Assembly (NCBI GenBank): GCA_043228905.1
Contig: JBHGNT010000008.1
Coordinates: forward strand, 11,594,001 to 11,658,000
DNA length: 64,000 nucleotides
Direction: 5' to 3'
Source: Azolla caroliniana
Lineage: Eukaryota > Plantae > Polypodiophyta
Made by a program: the position numbers and the translations under genes. The notes under the pieces were generated by a model that saw only the letters and a program-made list of their open reading frames with translations, did no database searches and had not been told where the DNA came from. Each line of letters opens with the position of its first letter. The stretch's first letter is position 1. Below are positions 1 to 11,294 of the stretch, one piece after another.

Positions 1-3000
1 AGAGATTGATCAACACTTCTTCGTGCAAGACTCCGCTTCACATCCCGTCATCCTAGGACAACCATATATAACATCGTCCTGGATGGAGACCAAGGTGTTC
101 GATAATGGATCAGCCTTCGCACGCGACAAGAGTCTTGATAGTAAAAGATCTGTTCAATTCCTGACGGTGCGAGCTAATCAAGAAAGGAACCGAGATAGCC
201 TTGGAGGCGAATCCTCAGATTTTTAAAGCGGACTATTGAAGCATGGGGCACAAATAGTCTGAGCAATCATAAGTCCCCACAAGGAAGCAGAGTGTGTGGA
301 TAGCAAGGAGAAGCAACATGCGTCACACCTAGCGGCGCATGCAAACTAAGACTACTCAACAAGAAGGAAAAGTGTCAGATACAAGACTTCGAGGAGGTGC
401 TCAAAGAAGAAAGCATAATTGAAGAAGAAGAATTCGTGTCATATATTCTGGAGGAAGCCTCATTTAACGACACCATCGGTGAAATCGAGGAAGTCGTGGA
501 CTTGAGCTATACTCACCATCAACATGTGATTTCGGTTAACTCCGTCAACATGTATACTATCATCGATGAATATCATCGAGGCCTGTTGATAGAGGAAGCC
601 GAAGTCAACACAAAATATAAAACCGTGGATAGGAAGATCAAGCCAGTTGCAGTTTCGCTACCGGAAGATAGCTGGCAAAAGGTGAAGGAAGTTGCAAAAG
701 ATCCAAGCTTAAGGAACCAAAATACAATTGGCCATGTCTTCACTGAAGAGATGAAGGGAAAGCTACGAGTTGGAAGGGAGGATTTCCTCCTCCCTGAAGA
801 GGAGCGGATGTTTCGTGGAATGCTTGAAAGACATTGGAAAGCTTTCGCGTTTTTCCCACAAGAAATCGGGTGTGCTAATCCAAGGATGGTAGAACCGATG
901 GTGATCTTCACGATGCCGCATGTGCCATGGAATTTGAAACCGATACCGGTTTTGAGAGCACACCTACCGAAGCTTATTGAGGTCTTAAAGGAGAAGGTGA
1001 GGATGGGAATTCTAGAACCGTCGAACGCTCCTTATTCTAATAAGTGGTTCATGGTGCCAAAGAAGAATGGATCGTTGCGATTCATTCAAGATCTTCAACC
1101 CGTCAACAAGGTGACAATTCGGAATGCTGGAATCGGTCTGAGTGTGGATGAATTTGTTGAGGCGTTTGCGGGCCGGTCCATCTACTCCATCGGCGATCTC
1201 TACTCTGGCTCAATAGGGTTGGTGCGGATGTGTACCTTACCTCAAGGTGCAACAAACTTGGTGGCTCATATGGTGAATGCCATGAACAAGGGTCTTGAAG
1301 GATTGCATCCCGGATATCACGATGCCATTCTTAGATGATATTCCGATAAAAGGATGTTCGGATGAAGAGAAGGATGAATCAAAAGATAAGGATGGATGTA
1401 GAAAGTTCGTTGTGGATCATATGAAAGATTGCGAGAAGGTGCTCCAAAGGCTCAAAGATGTGAATTTGACATTTTCGGGAGAAAAATCTGCATTCGGGCA
1501 ACCGGAGATCCTGGTGGTAGGTCACTTGTGTGGAGCATACGGTTGGAAGCCTTTGCCATCCAAGGTGAATGCAATCCAAGACATGAAAGAAGAATGTGTA
1601 ACCCAAACGGAGGTTTGAAGGTTCCTTGGAGCATGCACGTTTTATCATATTTGGATTCCACACTACGCCCACATTGCTAAGCCATTATATGGTCTACTAA
1701 AGAGGAAGCGGATGTTCGAATGGACGAGCGAGCATATAATCGCCATCCGAAGGCTGAAGAAATTATTGATGGAGTCACCTGCATTACGGAAAGCGGACTA
1801 TTCATACCGCAAGACGATTTTCGTGACTGTGGATACTAGTCCAATCGGAATTGGATGGGTTATTAACCAAGAAGATGAAGATTGCAACTGATATGCAATT
1901 CGGTTTGGTGCGAAAGTGTTAAGTGACAGGCAAAGAAGGTATGCCCAAGTGAAGAGGGAGCTATGGGGAATCATCTCGGCAATCAAATTTGATCGTGATT
2001 ACCTTATTGGAGCAGAAGTCATAATTGAGATAGATTGCCTACCAATTTTGGGTATGATATCTGGTTGTAATACACCGGATATTGCCATGTTGCGTTGGAT
2101 TGCATATATCAAATCACTCAACCTGGAGATCCATCATGTACCTGGGAAGCGTAATGTCGTTGCAGACATGCTATCACGAGCGAAATACGACGGAGAAGAA
2201 GATCGACATTCTGATGAAGATGATGTTGGCTTGGATTTCTTTGCAAGTTCCTACACTCGGGTGTTGACTACTTTCATAGAAGAGGACTATGAAGGCGAAT
2301 TCGTGGAGATCGAGAAATACTTGAGTTCTCTCCAAAAAGATGAATCGTGGTCGACGGAAGACTTCTATCGAATTTGGAAGAAGGCATACAAGTATTTCCT
2401 TAAGGATGGAGCTCTTTGGAGGCATGCAAAAAAGAAGAATGGGACTCCGATGAGAGTTGTCTGCAAGCTAGAAGACCAACAAAAACTAATGACTGAATTT
2501 CATGATAGTGTTTTTGCAGGCCATCGAGGAATATGGGCTACGTTTGCGAAGCTTAAGGAGAAATATTGGTGACCGGGCATCTACAAAGATTTAGTAGCTT
2601 ATGTGGAAACATGTAAGGAATGTCAAATGTTTTCGAATATTTGCCATCGAGATGGACTTCATCCGACTTACCTGTTGGCTATGCATTACAAGTGGATGGT
2701 GAACATCGTGATGATGCCAATGGGGCGATGGCAGATGAAGTATCTTGTGCTCGCGAGAGAGGATCTTACCAATCAAGTTGAAGGGCAAGCATTAAGAACT
2801 AAGGAGACATCATCGGTATGCCGATTCCTTCTTGAAGATGTTATTTGCAGATATGGATGCGTCGGCAAGATAGTGGTTGATAGAGGCCAGTTGGATGCTA
2901 ATGAAGCTAGAGAATTCTTCTCGAGGATGGGAATCAAATTATCTCTTTCCGGAAGCAAATGGGAAGGTGGAACGTGGACATGGACCGATTGTGAAGCCTC

Positions 3001-3606
3001 TAGTGAAATCTTGCCATGGGAAAATAGGAGAATGGCCGCGTCTATTGCCATTTGCTCTCTGGGCTGACAGGACTACTCATAGCACGGTGACGGGATACAT
3101 GCCGGCAAAGCTCATGTTTGGACAAAAGCCAATAATGCTTGTAGAACAAAGTATTATTTCATGGTTTGCATTGCCATGGAAAGATGAGATAAGTAGAGAA
3201 GATCTTCTAGCATTGAGGATTCGACAATTAGAGCGGAATTTGGAAGATATAGAGGTGGCTAAAACGTGGCTAAAGAATGCAAGGCTAAGGAACAAGAAAG
3301 ACTTCGATAAACGACATCGACTTCGGTCGAGGAAAATCGTTGAAAGAGATTGGGTGCTAGTCTATGACAGTAGCCTAGATAACCAACATAGTACGGCTCG
3401 AAAATTCTCACAACGATGGTTTGGGCCATATGTGGTGAAGAAAGTGGAAGATAATGCAACATATCATTTAGTAGAACTGGATGGTACACCACTTGCCTCG
3501 CCAATTGCCGGTAAAAGAATCAAGATCTTCAAGAGAAGAGATAGAATAGAAATTGGATTCGAAGCTTTTGACGATTCAGTTTTAAGCATCGATGAAAAAG
3601 TATAGT
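1..3606 (+). mobile_element. Degenerate Ty3/Gypsy element A (non-chromovirus, same family as B): end of protease, RT, RNase H, integrase; 5' part outside window, no cognate 3' LTR seen
   Basis: ORF fragments 23-226 (VILGQPY), 397-1618 (RT: KKNGSLRFIQDLQPVN, FLDDIPIKG), 1916-2572 (RNase H: RELWGII, NVVADMLSR; GHRG), 2603-3605 (IN: EANGKVERG, WFGPY); frameshifts and stops. Confidence 0.93.
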
Positions 3607-3616
3607 AAACAAAAGT

Positions 3617-6600
3617 GAAATTAGGGTTTATGAACCGTAGGGAAATTAGGGTTTATGAGCCGTATGGCTTCCCTAGGGAAATTAGGGTTTTTTGCTTCCG
3701 TACGGAATTTAGGGTTTATGAGAGTTATGGCTTCCCTAAGATAAGGGAGCGAAGAAGGTATAGAAAAATAATGGAGAGAGCCCCCAAGTATAGGAAAAAA
3801 ATGGAATATATATGGTGTTCCCCATTCATCATATGCATGTCTACTTTTTGTTGCATGGCCTCTACTTTTAGGTCCTTAGCTTTTTCTTTTAGTTGCATCT
3901 ATTTTTAGTGGCATGGGTTTTTCGTTTAGTTGCATGTGACCGTCCACATGACCTTTACCTTTTGCATGCACTCCAACTTTACTTGCTTGCGTCCACATGG
4001 CCTTTACTTTAATTCTCTTCACTTTACTTTACTTTGTTGCATGACCCAATCTTTCGTCCTTCCGCGTCCAACCTCGTCTGGTAGCCGGTTCCGCCCGATC
4101 GCCGAATCCCTCGCCGACCGGTTCCATTTTGCTTCCCGGCCAGTTCCGGTTACGATTTTGCTTGCTAGCCGGTTCCCGATTCCGCTTTGCATGCCGGTTC
4201 CGGTTTTGCGTACCGGCCAGTTTCCGGTTTGCATACCAGAACCGGAACCGGTATGCAAACCGGAAACCGGCCGGTAAGCAAAACCGGAAGCGGAACCGCG
4301 TCGGGTTCACAAAAGATGTCACGAAAATACGACGAGGATATGTGAACTTTGAGGCAGGACCCGGGGCCTCTGACCGGAAGATATCAGATTCGTATGATTA
4401 TATTAAACAATTAATACAAAATGATAAAGATTCACAAATTTCATTAATAAAGGGAAAGAAAGATTACAATCAATCTCAAGATTGAGATTACAAAAGTTTT
4501 ATCTTAAGGAGATTGCTAGAATAATAGATTATAAGAAACTAAGATATGGATTCCATAAAGATTTAGGGTTCTTGGCTTTTATAAGAGATTATGGTTATAT
4601 GGGTATTATGGGTTCCGTAGGGAAGATTAGGGTTTATGAGCCGTATGGCTTCCGTAGGGAAATTAGGGTTTATGAACCGTATGGCTTCCGTAGGGAAATT
4701 AGGGTTTTTTGCTTCCAGAGGGAGTTTAGGGTTTATAAGAGTTATGGATTCCCTAAGATAAGGGAGCGAAGAAGGAAAAGAAAAATAATGGAGAGAGCCC
4801 CAAGTATAGGAAGAAAATGGAATATATATGGTGTTCCTCGTTGATCATACGCATGTCTACTTTTAGTTGCATGGCCTCTACTTTTAGTTGCTTAGCTTTT
4901 TCTTTTAGTTGCATCTATTTTTAGTGGCATGGGTTTTTCGTTTAGTTGCATGTGACCGTCCACATGACCTTTACTTTTTGCATGCACTCCAACTTTAGTT
5001 GCTTGCGTCCACATGGCCTTTACTTTAGTTCTCTTCACTTTACTTTAGTTTGTTGTATGATCCAATCTTCCGTCCATCCGCGTCCAACCTCGTCCGCTAG
5101 GCGGTTCCGCCCGATCGCCGAATCCCTCACCGGCCGGTTCCATTTTGCTTGCCGGCTGGTTCCGGTTTTGCTTGTCGGCCGGTTCCGGTTTTGTTGACCG
5201 AAACCACGTCGCGTTCACCAAAGATGTCGCGAAAATACGACGAGGTTACGTGAACATTGAGGGAGGACCCCGAGGCCTCCGACCGGAAGATATCAGATTC
5301 GTATGATTATATTAAACAATTAATACAAAATGATAAAGATTCACAAATTTCATATATAAAGGGAAAGAAACATTACAATCAATCTCAAGATTGAGATTAC
5401 AAAAAGTTTAGCTAATGGAGATTACTAGAGTAATAGATAAGAGAAAATTAAGATATGGATTCTATAGAAATTTAGGGTTATGAGTAAGTTCTTCCTTATG
5501 GAAAATTAGGGTTTTTGAGTCTTAGTTGCATGTGACCGTCCACATGACCTTTACTTTTTGCATGCACTCCAACTTTAGTTGCTTGCGTCCACATGGCCTT
5601 TACTTTCGTTCTCTTCACTTTACTTTAGTTTGTTGTATGATCCAATCTTCCGTCCATCCGCGTCCAACCTCGTCCGCTAGGCGGTTCCTCCCGATCGCCG
5701 AATCCCTCACCGGTCGGTTCCAGTTTTGCTTGTCGGCCGGTTCCGGTTTTGTTGACCGGAACTGCGTCGGGCTCACCAAAGATGTCGCGAAAATACGACG
5801 AGGATACGTGAACTTTGAGGCAGGACCCCGGGGCCTCCGACTAGAAGATAGTAGATTCTTATGATTTTATTAAACTATTAATACAAAATGATAAAGATTC
5901 ACAAATTTCATTAATAAAGGGAAAGAAAGATTACAATCAATCTCAAGATTGAGATTACAAAAAGTTTAGCTAATGGAGATTACTAGAGTAATAGATAAGA
6001 GAAAATTAAGATATGGATTGTATAGAAATTTAGGGTTATGAGTAACTTCTTCCATATGGAAAATTAGGGTTTTTGAGTCTTATGGCTTCCGTAGGGAAAT
6101 TAGGGTTTGTGAGCCATATGGCTTGCGTAGGGAAATTAGGGTTTATGAGCTGTATGGTTTCCGTAGGGAAATTAGGGTTTTTTGCTTCCTTAGGGAATTT
6201 AGGCTTTATGAGAGCTATGGCTTCCCTAAGATAAGGGAGCGAAGAAGGAAAAGAAAAATAATGGAGAGAGCCCCCAAGTATAGGAAGAAAATGGAATATA
6301 TATGGTGTTCCTCGTTGATCATATGCATGTCTACTTTTTGTTGCATGGCCTCTACTTTTAGTTGCTTAGCTTTTTCTTTTAGTTGCGTCTATTTTTAGTG
6401 GCATGGGTTTTTCGTTTAGTTGCATGTGACCGTCCACATGACCTTTACCTTTTGCATGCACTCCAACTTTACTTGCTTGCATCCACATGGCCTTTACTTT
6501 AGTTCTCTTCACTTTACTTTAGTTTGTTGCATGATCCAATCCTTCGTCTGTCCGTGTCCAACCTCGTCCGCTAGGCGGTTCTGCCCGATCGCCGAATCCC

Positions 6601-8030
6601 TCGCCGGCCGGTTCCGGTTTCGATTTTGCTTGCCGGTCAGTTCCGGTTCCGGTTTGCTTGCCGGTTCGGGTTGCGGTTTTGCTTGCCTGCCGGTTCCAGT
6701 TTGCTTGCTAGTAGATTCGTATGATTTTATTAAACTATTAATACAAAATGATAAAGATTCACAAATTTCATTAATAAAGGGAAAGAAAGATTACAATCAA
6801 TCTCAAGATTGAGATTACAAAAAGTTTAGCTAATGGAGATTACTAGAGTAATAGATAAGAGAAAATAAAGATATGGATTGTATAGAAATTTAGGGTTATG
6901 AGTAAGTTCTTCCATATGGAAAATTAGGGTTTTTGAGTCTTATGGCTTCCGTAGGGAAATTAGGGTTTGTGAGCCATATGGCTTGCGTAGGGAAATTAGG
7001 GTTTATGAGCCGTATGGTTTCCGTAGGTAAATTAGGGTTTTTTGCTTCCTTAGGGAATTTAGGCTTTATGAGAGCTATGGTTCCCTAAGATAAGGGAGCG
7101 AAGAAGGAAAAGAAAAATAATGGAGAGAGCCCGAGTGTAGGAAACCAAATGGAATATATATGGAGTTCTCCCTTGATCATAGCCTTTCCACTTTTTGTTG
7201 CATGGCCTCTACTTTTAGTTGCTTAGCTTTTTCTTTTTGTTGCATCTATTTTTAGTGGCATGGCTTTTTCGTTTAGTTCCATGTGACCGTCGACATGACC
7301 TTTACTTTTTGCATCCACTCCAACTTTAGTTGCTTGCATCCACATGGCCTTTACTTTAGTTCTCTTCACTTTACTTTAGTTTCTTGCATGATCCAATCTC
7401 CTGTCCGTCCGCGTCCAACCTCGTCCGGTAGCCGGTTTCGCCCGATCGCCGAATCCCTCGCCGACCAGTTCCATTTTGCTTGTCGGTTGCGGTTCCGGTT
7501 TTGCTTACCGGCCGGTTTCCAGTTTTGCTGGCCTGCCGGTTCCGGTTCCGGTTTGCTTGCCGGTTGCGGTTGCGGTTGCGGTTGCGGTTTTGCTTGTCGG
7601 TTGTGGTTCCAGTTTTGCTTGTTGACCGGTTCCGGTTCCAGTTCCGGTTTTGCTTGCCGGCCGGTTTTGATTCCGGTTCCGGTTTTGCTTGCCGGCCTGT
7701 TCCGGTTCCGGTGTGCTTGCTGGATCTAGGTCCAATTTTGCTTGCCAGATGGTTCCAGTTCCGGTTTGCTTGCCGGTTCCGGTTCCAGTTTTGCTTACCG
7801 GCCGGTCTCCAGTTCCGGTTTGCTTGCCGGTTTCGATTCCGATTTTGCTTACCGGCCTGTTTCCGGTTTGCATACCGGCCGGTTTCCAGATTTGCTTACC
7901 GGATTGGTTTCCGCATTTGCTTACCGGACTGGTTTCCGCATTTGCTTACCGGACCGATTTCCGGATTTGCTTACCGGACCAATTTCCGTATTTGTTTACC
8001 GGCCGGTTTTCGGTTTTAGGGAATTAGGCC
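3617..8030 (-). repeat. Tandem array of about 5 degenerate 0.56-1.3 kb units derived from an LTR plus tRNA-Trp PBS, with 36-bp TTAGGGTTT-containing and CCGGTT-rich sub-repeats
   Basis: Block (G)CATGTGACCGTC recurs near 3931, 4947, 5527, 6421, 7281; LTR-end TGTC at 4317, 5225, 5783, each preceded by a tRNA-Trp 3'-end-like 16-mer; 25-bp period at 7891-8010. Confidence 0.85.
4198..4289. repeat. 40-bp inverted repeat (2 mismatches, 12-nt loop) next to the first PBS copy of the array
   Basis: Left arm 4198-4237 TTCCGGTTTTGCGTACCGGCCAGTTTCCGGTTTGCATACC; right arm 4250-4289 GGTATGCAAACCGGAAACCGGCCGGTAAGCAAAACCGGAA. Confidence 0.9.
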
Positions 8031-8332
8031 ACCATCATCCATGAAGACAAAGTGGCCAAAGTGCTCTTAGCACAAATGAAAAAAGAGGGAGGTCAAGGTG
8101 CTTATATAACCAGGGCCTTAAGTTTCCTATCTATGTGAGATAGTTCTAATTTCACTATCTTCTCAAACTTTATTTTTTCACATAACTTGATATGTATTTC
8201 TCTATTTTGTATATAGTAAACTACATTTTGAAGCTCTTGAGTATATCCATCTTTCTATAGTAAGCTAGTAATCTAATCTATAATAATTATTTCATTATTT
8301 TTGTACATAGTGTGTGAAGATTCACACGACAA

Positions 8333-10826
8333 CGCTTTATACTTGAAGCTGATGCATCTGATTTTGCACTTGGAAGCATACTATGCCAGAATGGTGAAGA
8401 TAGCAAACTACACCCTGTGGCTTTTCACTCACGGAAATTTGAAGCCGTTGAAATCAACTATGAGATTCACGACAAAGAGCTTCTCGCCATTGTGGATTCT
8501 TGTCAACAATGGCGTCATTTTTTGGAGGGTTCTTCTCAATAGATTATTGTCTTCAATGATCACAAAAATCTAACATACTTCCAAAGTGCTGGAGTCTTGA
8601 ATCGTCGACAAGCTCGTTGGGCACAGTTAACTCGTTTTGATTTTGTAATTCTATATCGCCCTGGGATGCAACAAGGAAAAACAAATGCTTTATCTCGACA
8701 TTCGTATATGGAACTTCAACCAGGAGAGGCCGCATTTGAAAGTCAAAATCAAATCCTCTTAGGTCCTGATAGTCTACGAGTAATGGCAATACATACTATC
8801 AACACACCAGGAGATTCGAGGCTTCTTGATTCCATTCGGGAGCAGATTGCGACAGATGCATTCGCCCAAGAGGTTTTGAGTCATATTATCCCAAATCATG
8901 CTTCCAGCTCTCAATCTCAAAATCCTCGTCTAGACTATACCATGTTCAATTGGCATGATGGTTTGCTTTTACGACAGACTCTCTTGTATGTGCCTGACGG
9001 TCCTTCTCGACTCAAAGTCGTGCAACAATGTTATGACACGCCAATGGCTGGACATTTCGGCATCCACAAGACTTTTGAGTTGATTTCTCTTCGATATTGG
9101 TGGCCACGGCTTCGCCATTTTGTTACGGATTATATTCGTAGTTGTGATACATGTTGTTGATCAAAAATGCCTCGACATCATCCATATGTCCTATTACAGC
9201 CAATGCCTATTCCGGAGAGCCCATGGAAATCTATTTCCTTGGACTTTATTACAGATCTTCCACCTTCCAAGGCATTTGATTCTATTCTCACAGTAGTCGA
9301 TCGTTTTACGAAGCTACCGCATTTCCTTCCATGCACGAAGACCATTACTAGTCAAGAGACAGGCAATTTACTCATGCCGGAGGTGTTTCACCATCATGGT
9401 CTTCCGGATGATATTATCAGTGATCGGGTCCCCAATTCATCTCGAAATTTTGGCGGCACATGTTCAAACTCTTACATACTTCTTGTAAACTCTCTTCCGG
9501 CTACCATCCAGAGACTAATGGGCAGAGTGAGCGCACCAACCAAACAGTCGAACAATATCTACGTTGTTTCGTTAACTATCAACAAGATGATTGGGTGGAT
9601 TTATTACATTTGGCGGAATTTGCTTACAACAACTCCGAACATTCTTCTATTGGTTATTCCCCATTTTTTGCTAAAATTGGGTACCATCCTCGTTGGACGA
9701 TGCTTGAACGTCCCGAACTCCCGAAAAATCCGAATGCTGAAGATCGGCTCACTCGACTCCAAGAAATTCAAAATATACTTTTGCATCATTTATGTGATGC
9801 CCAAAACACTCAAAAGAAGATTGTTGATCGTCATCGGCGTGATTCATCGACTACGTTTCAAGTAGGAGATCGTGTATGGCTCTTACAAGGTAGCATTAAA
9901 ACCACCCGACCTTGCTACAAATTGGATTATCAACGTTTCGGCCCATATCTGATCTCTAGTAAGATCAATGATGTGACATTTCGTCTTGATCTCCCTCCTC
10001 ATATGCGTCTTTACCCGGTCTTCCATGTTTCACTTTTGGAGCCCTACACAACAAGCTCTATTCCGGGTCGTCTTACACCTCCCCCACCTCCAATCGAAGT
10101 TTCCAATGGCTCTACATATGAGGTTGCTACTATTCTCGACTCCAAGATCATCCGCAACAAACTATATTATTTGGTTGATTGGTTAGGTTATACACCTAAT
10201 GATCGAACATGGGAGCCTGCCAAGCATCTTGTTAATGCCTCCGACATGGTTGTTGCATTTCACGACAAATATCCCCATAAACCAAGTCCAAACTCTTGTC
10301 TTCTGACTCGTGGAACTCGTCATCAAAAGGGGGGGATAATGTCATGAAGACAACATTTTGGTTATCAAGAATCGATCCAACGACTTCTTGGTTCATGTGT
10401 TGAACCCTTAACCATTGTAATAACATATATGTTGTATGATTATAATAATTACGTTTCTAGTTATTACAAGATATTAGAATATTCTAGAACATTCTAGATT
10501 ATTCTAGAACATCCTTTAATATTTCATCATTATATTTCTTATCATAAAATATAAAATATTCTAGAACATTCTAGATACTCCATAAGGAGGACCTATAAAT
10601 AACGGTCTATACATTCGTTTCAACTCATTCGGTTCAACACCAGTCTTAAGCCCTTAGCCTACACATTGTAATCTTGTTTCATCATAATATAATCTCATTT
10701 CTATTTCAAGTCTTTTCTCTCTCACTCACTCTCTCTCTCTCTCATACGCACACACACACACACACACCCTCTCTCTTTCGTTCTCACTCTCGCTCTCACT
10801 CTATCTTCTACCCACAAGTCTCGATA
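8333..10826 (+). mobile_element. 5'-truncated chromovirus (Tcn1-like) copy of family C: RNase H, integrase, chromodomain, PPT, 3' LTR 10340-10826
   Basis: Near-identical to about 25832-28328; chromodomain YEVATILDSKIIRNKLYYLVDWLGY...TWEP; PPT AAAAGGGGGGGATAA 10325-10339 then TGTCATGAAG. Confidence 0.93.
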
Positions 10827-11294
10827 GTATTTAGCCCTTAGCCTACTCAGTCTAATCTTGTTTCATCATAATATAGTCTCATTTCTATTTCAAGTCTTAT
10901 CTCTCTCTCACTCACTCTCTCTCTCACACGCACACACGCACACACACCCTTTCTCTTTTGCTCTCGCTCTCGCTCTCACTCTATCTTCTACCCATGAGTC
11001 TCGACAGTTTGAACTGAATGAGTTAAAAGGAATGTATAGACAGTTATTTATAGGTCCTTATGGAGTAATCTAGAATGTTCTAGAATATTTTATATTTTAT
11101 GATAAGAAATATAATCATGAAATATTAAAGGATGTTCTAGAATGTTCTAGAATATTCTAATATCTTGTAATAACTAGAAACATAATTATTATAATCACAC
11201 AACATATATGTTATTACAATGGTTAAGAGTTCAACACATAGACTAAGAAGTCGTGGGTTCGATTCTTGATAACCAAAATGTTGTCTTCATGACA
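10827..11294. repeat. Rearranged family-C LTR: second R-U5 copy (10827-11006), PBS, then inverted U3 (11009-11294)
   Basis: 11009-11294 is the reverse complement of the LTR from the TSS region back to its 5' TGTCATGAAGACAA end. Confidence 0.9.

Noticed and set aside
4317-5224. Array unit as the plus-strand 3' LTR of element A
   Set aside because: No PPT; PBS orientation and U5 homology to B both indicate the minus strand
3615-8044. Many Arg/Phe/Cys/Pro-rich ORFs on both strands
   Set aside because: Translations of stop-poor tandem repeats; indels between units do not preserve frame
10720-10980. (CT)n/(CA)n tracts as independent microsatellite loci
   Set aside because: They are part of the family-C LTR U5 and recur in every copy
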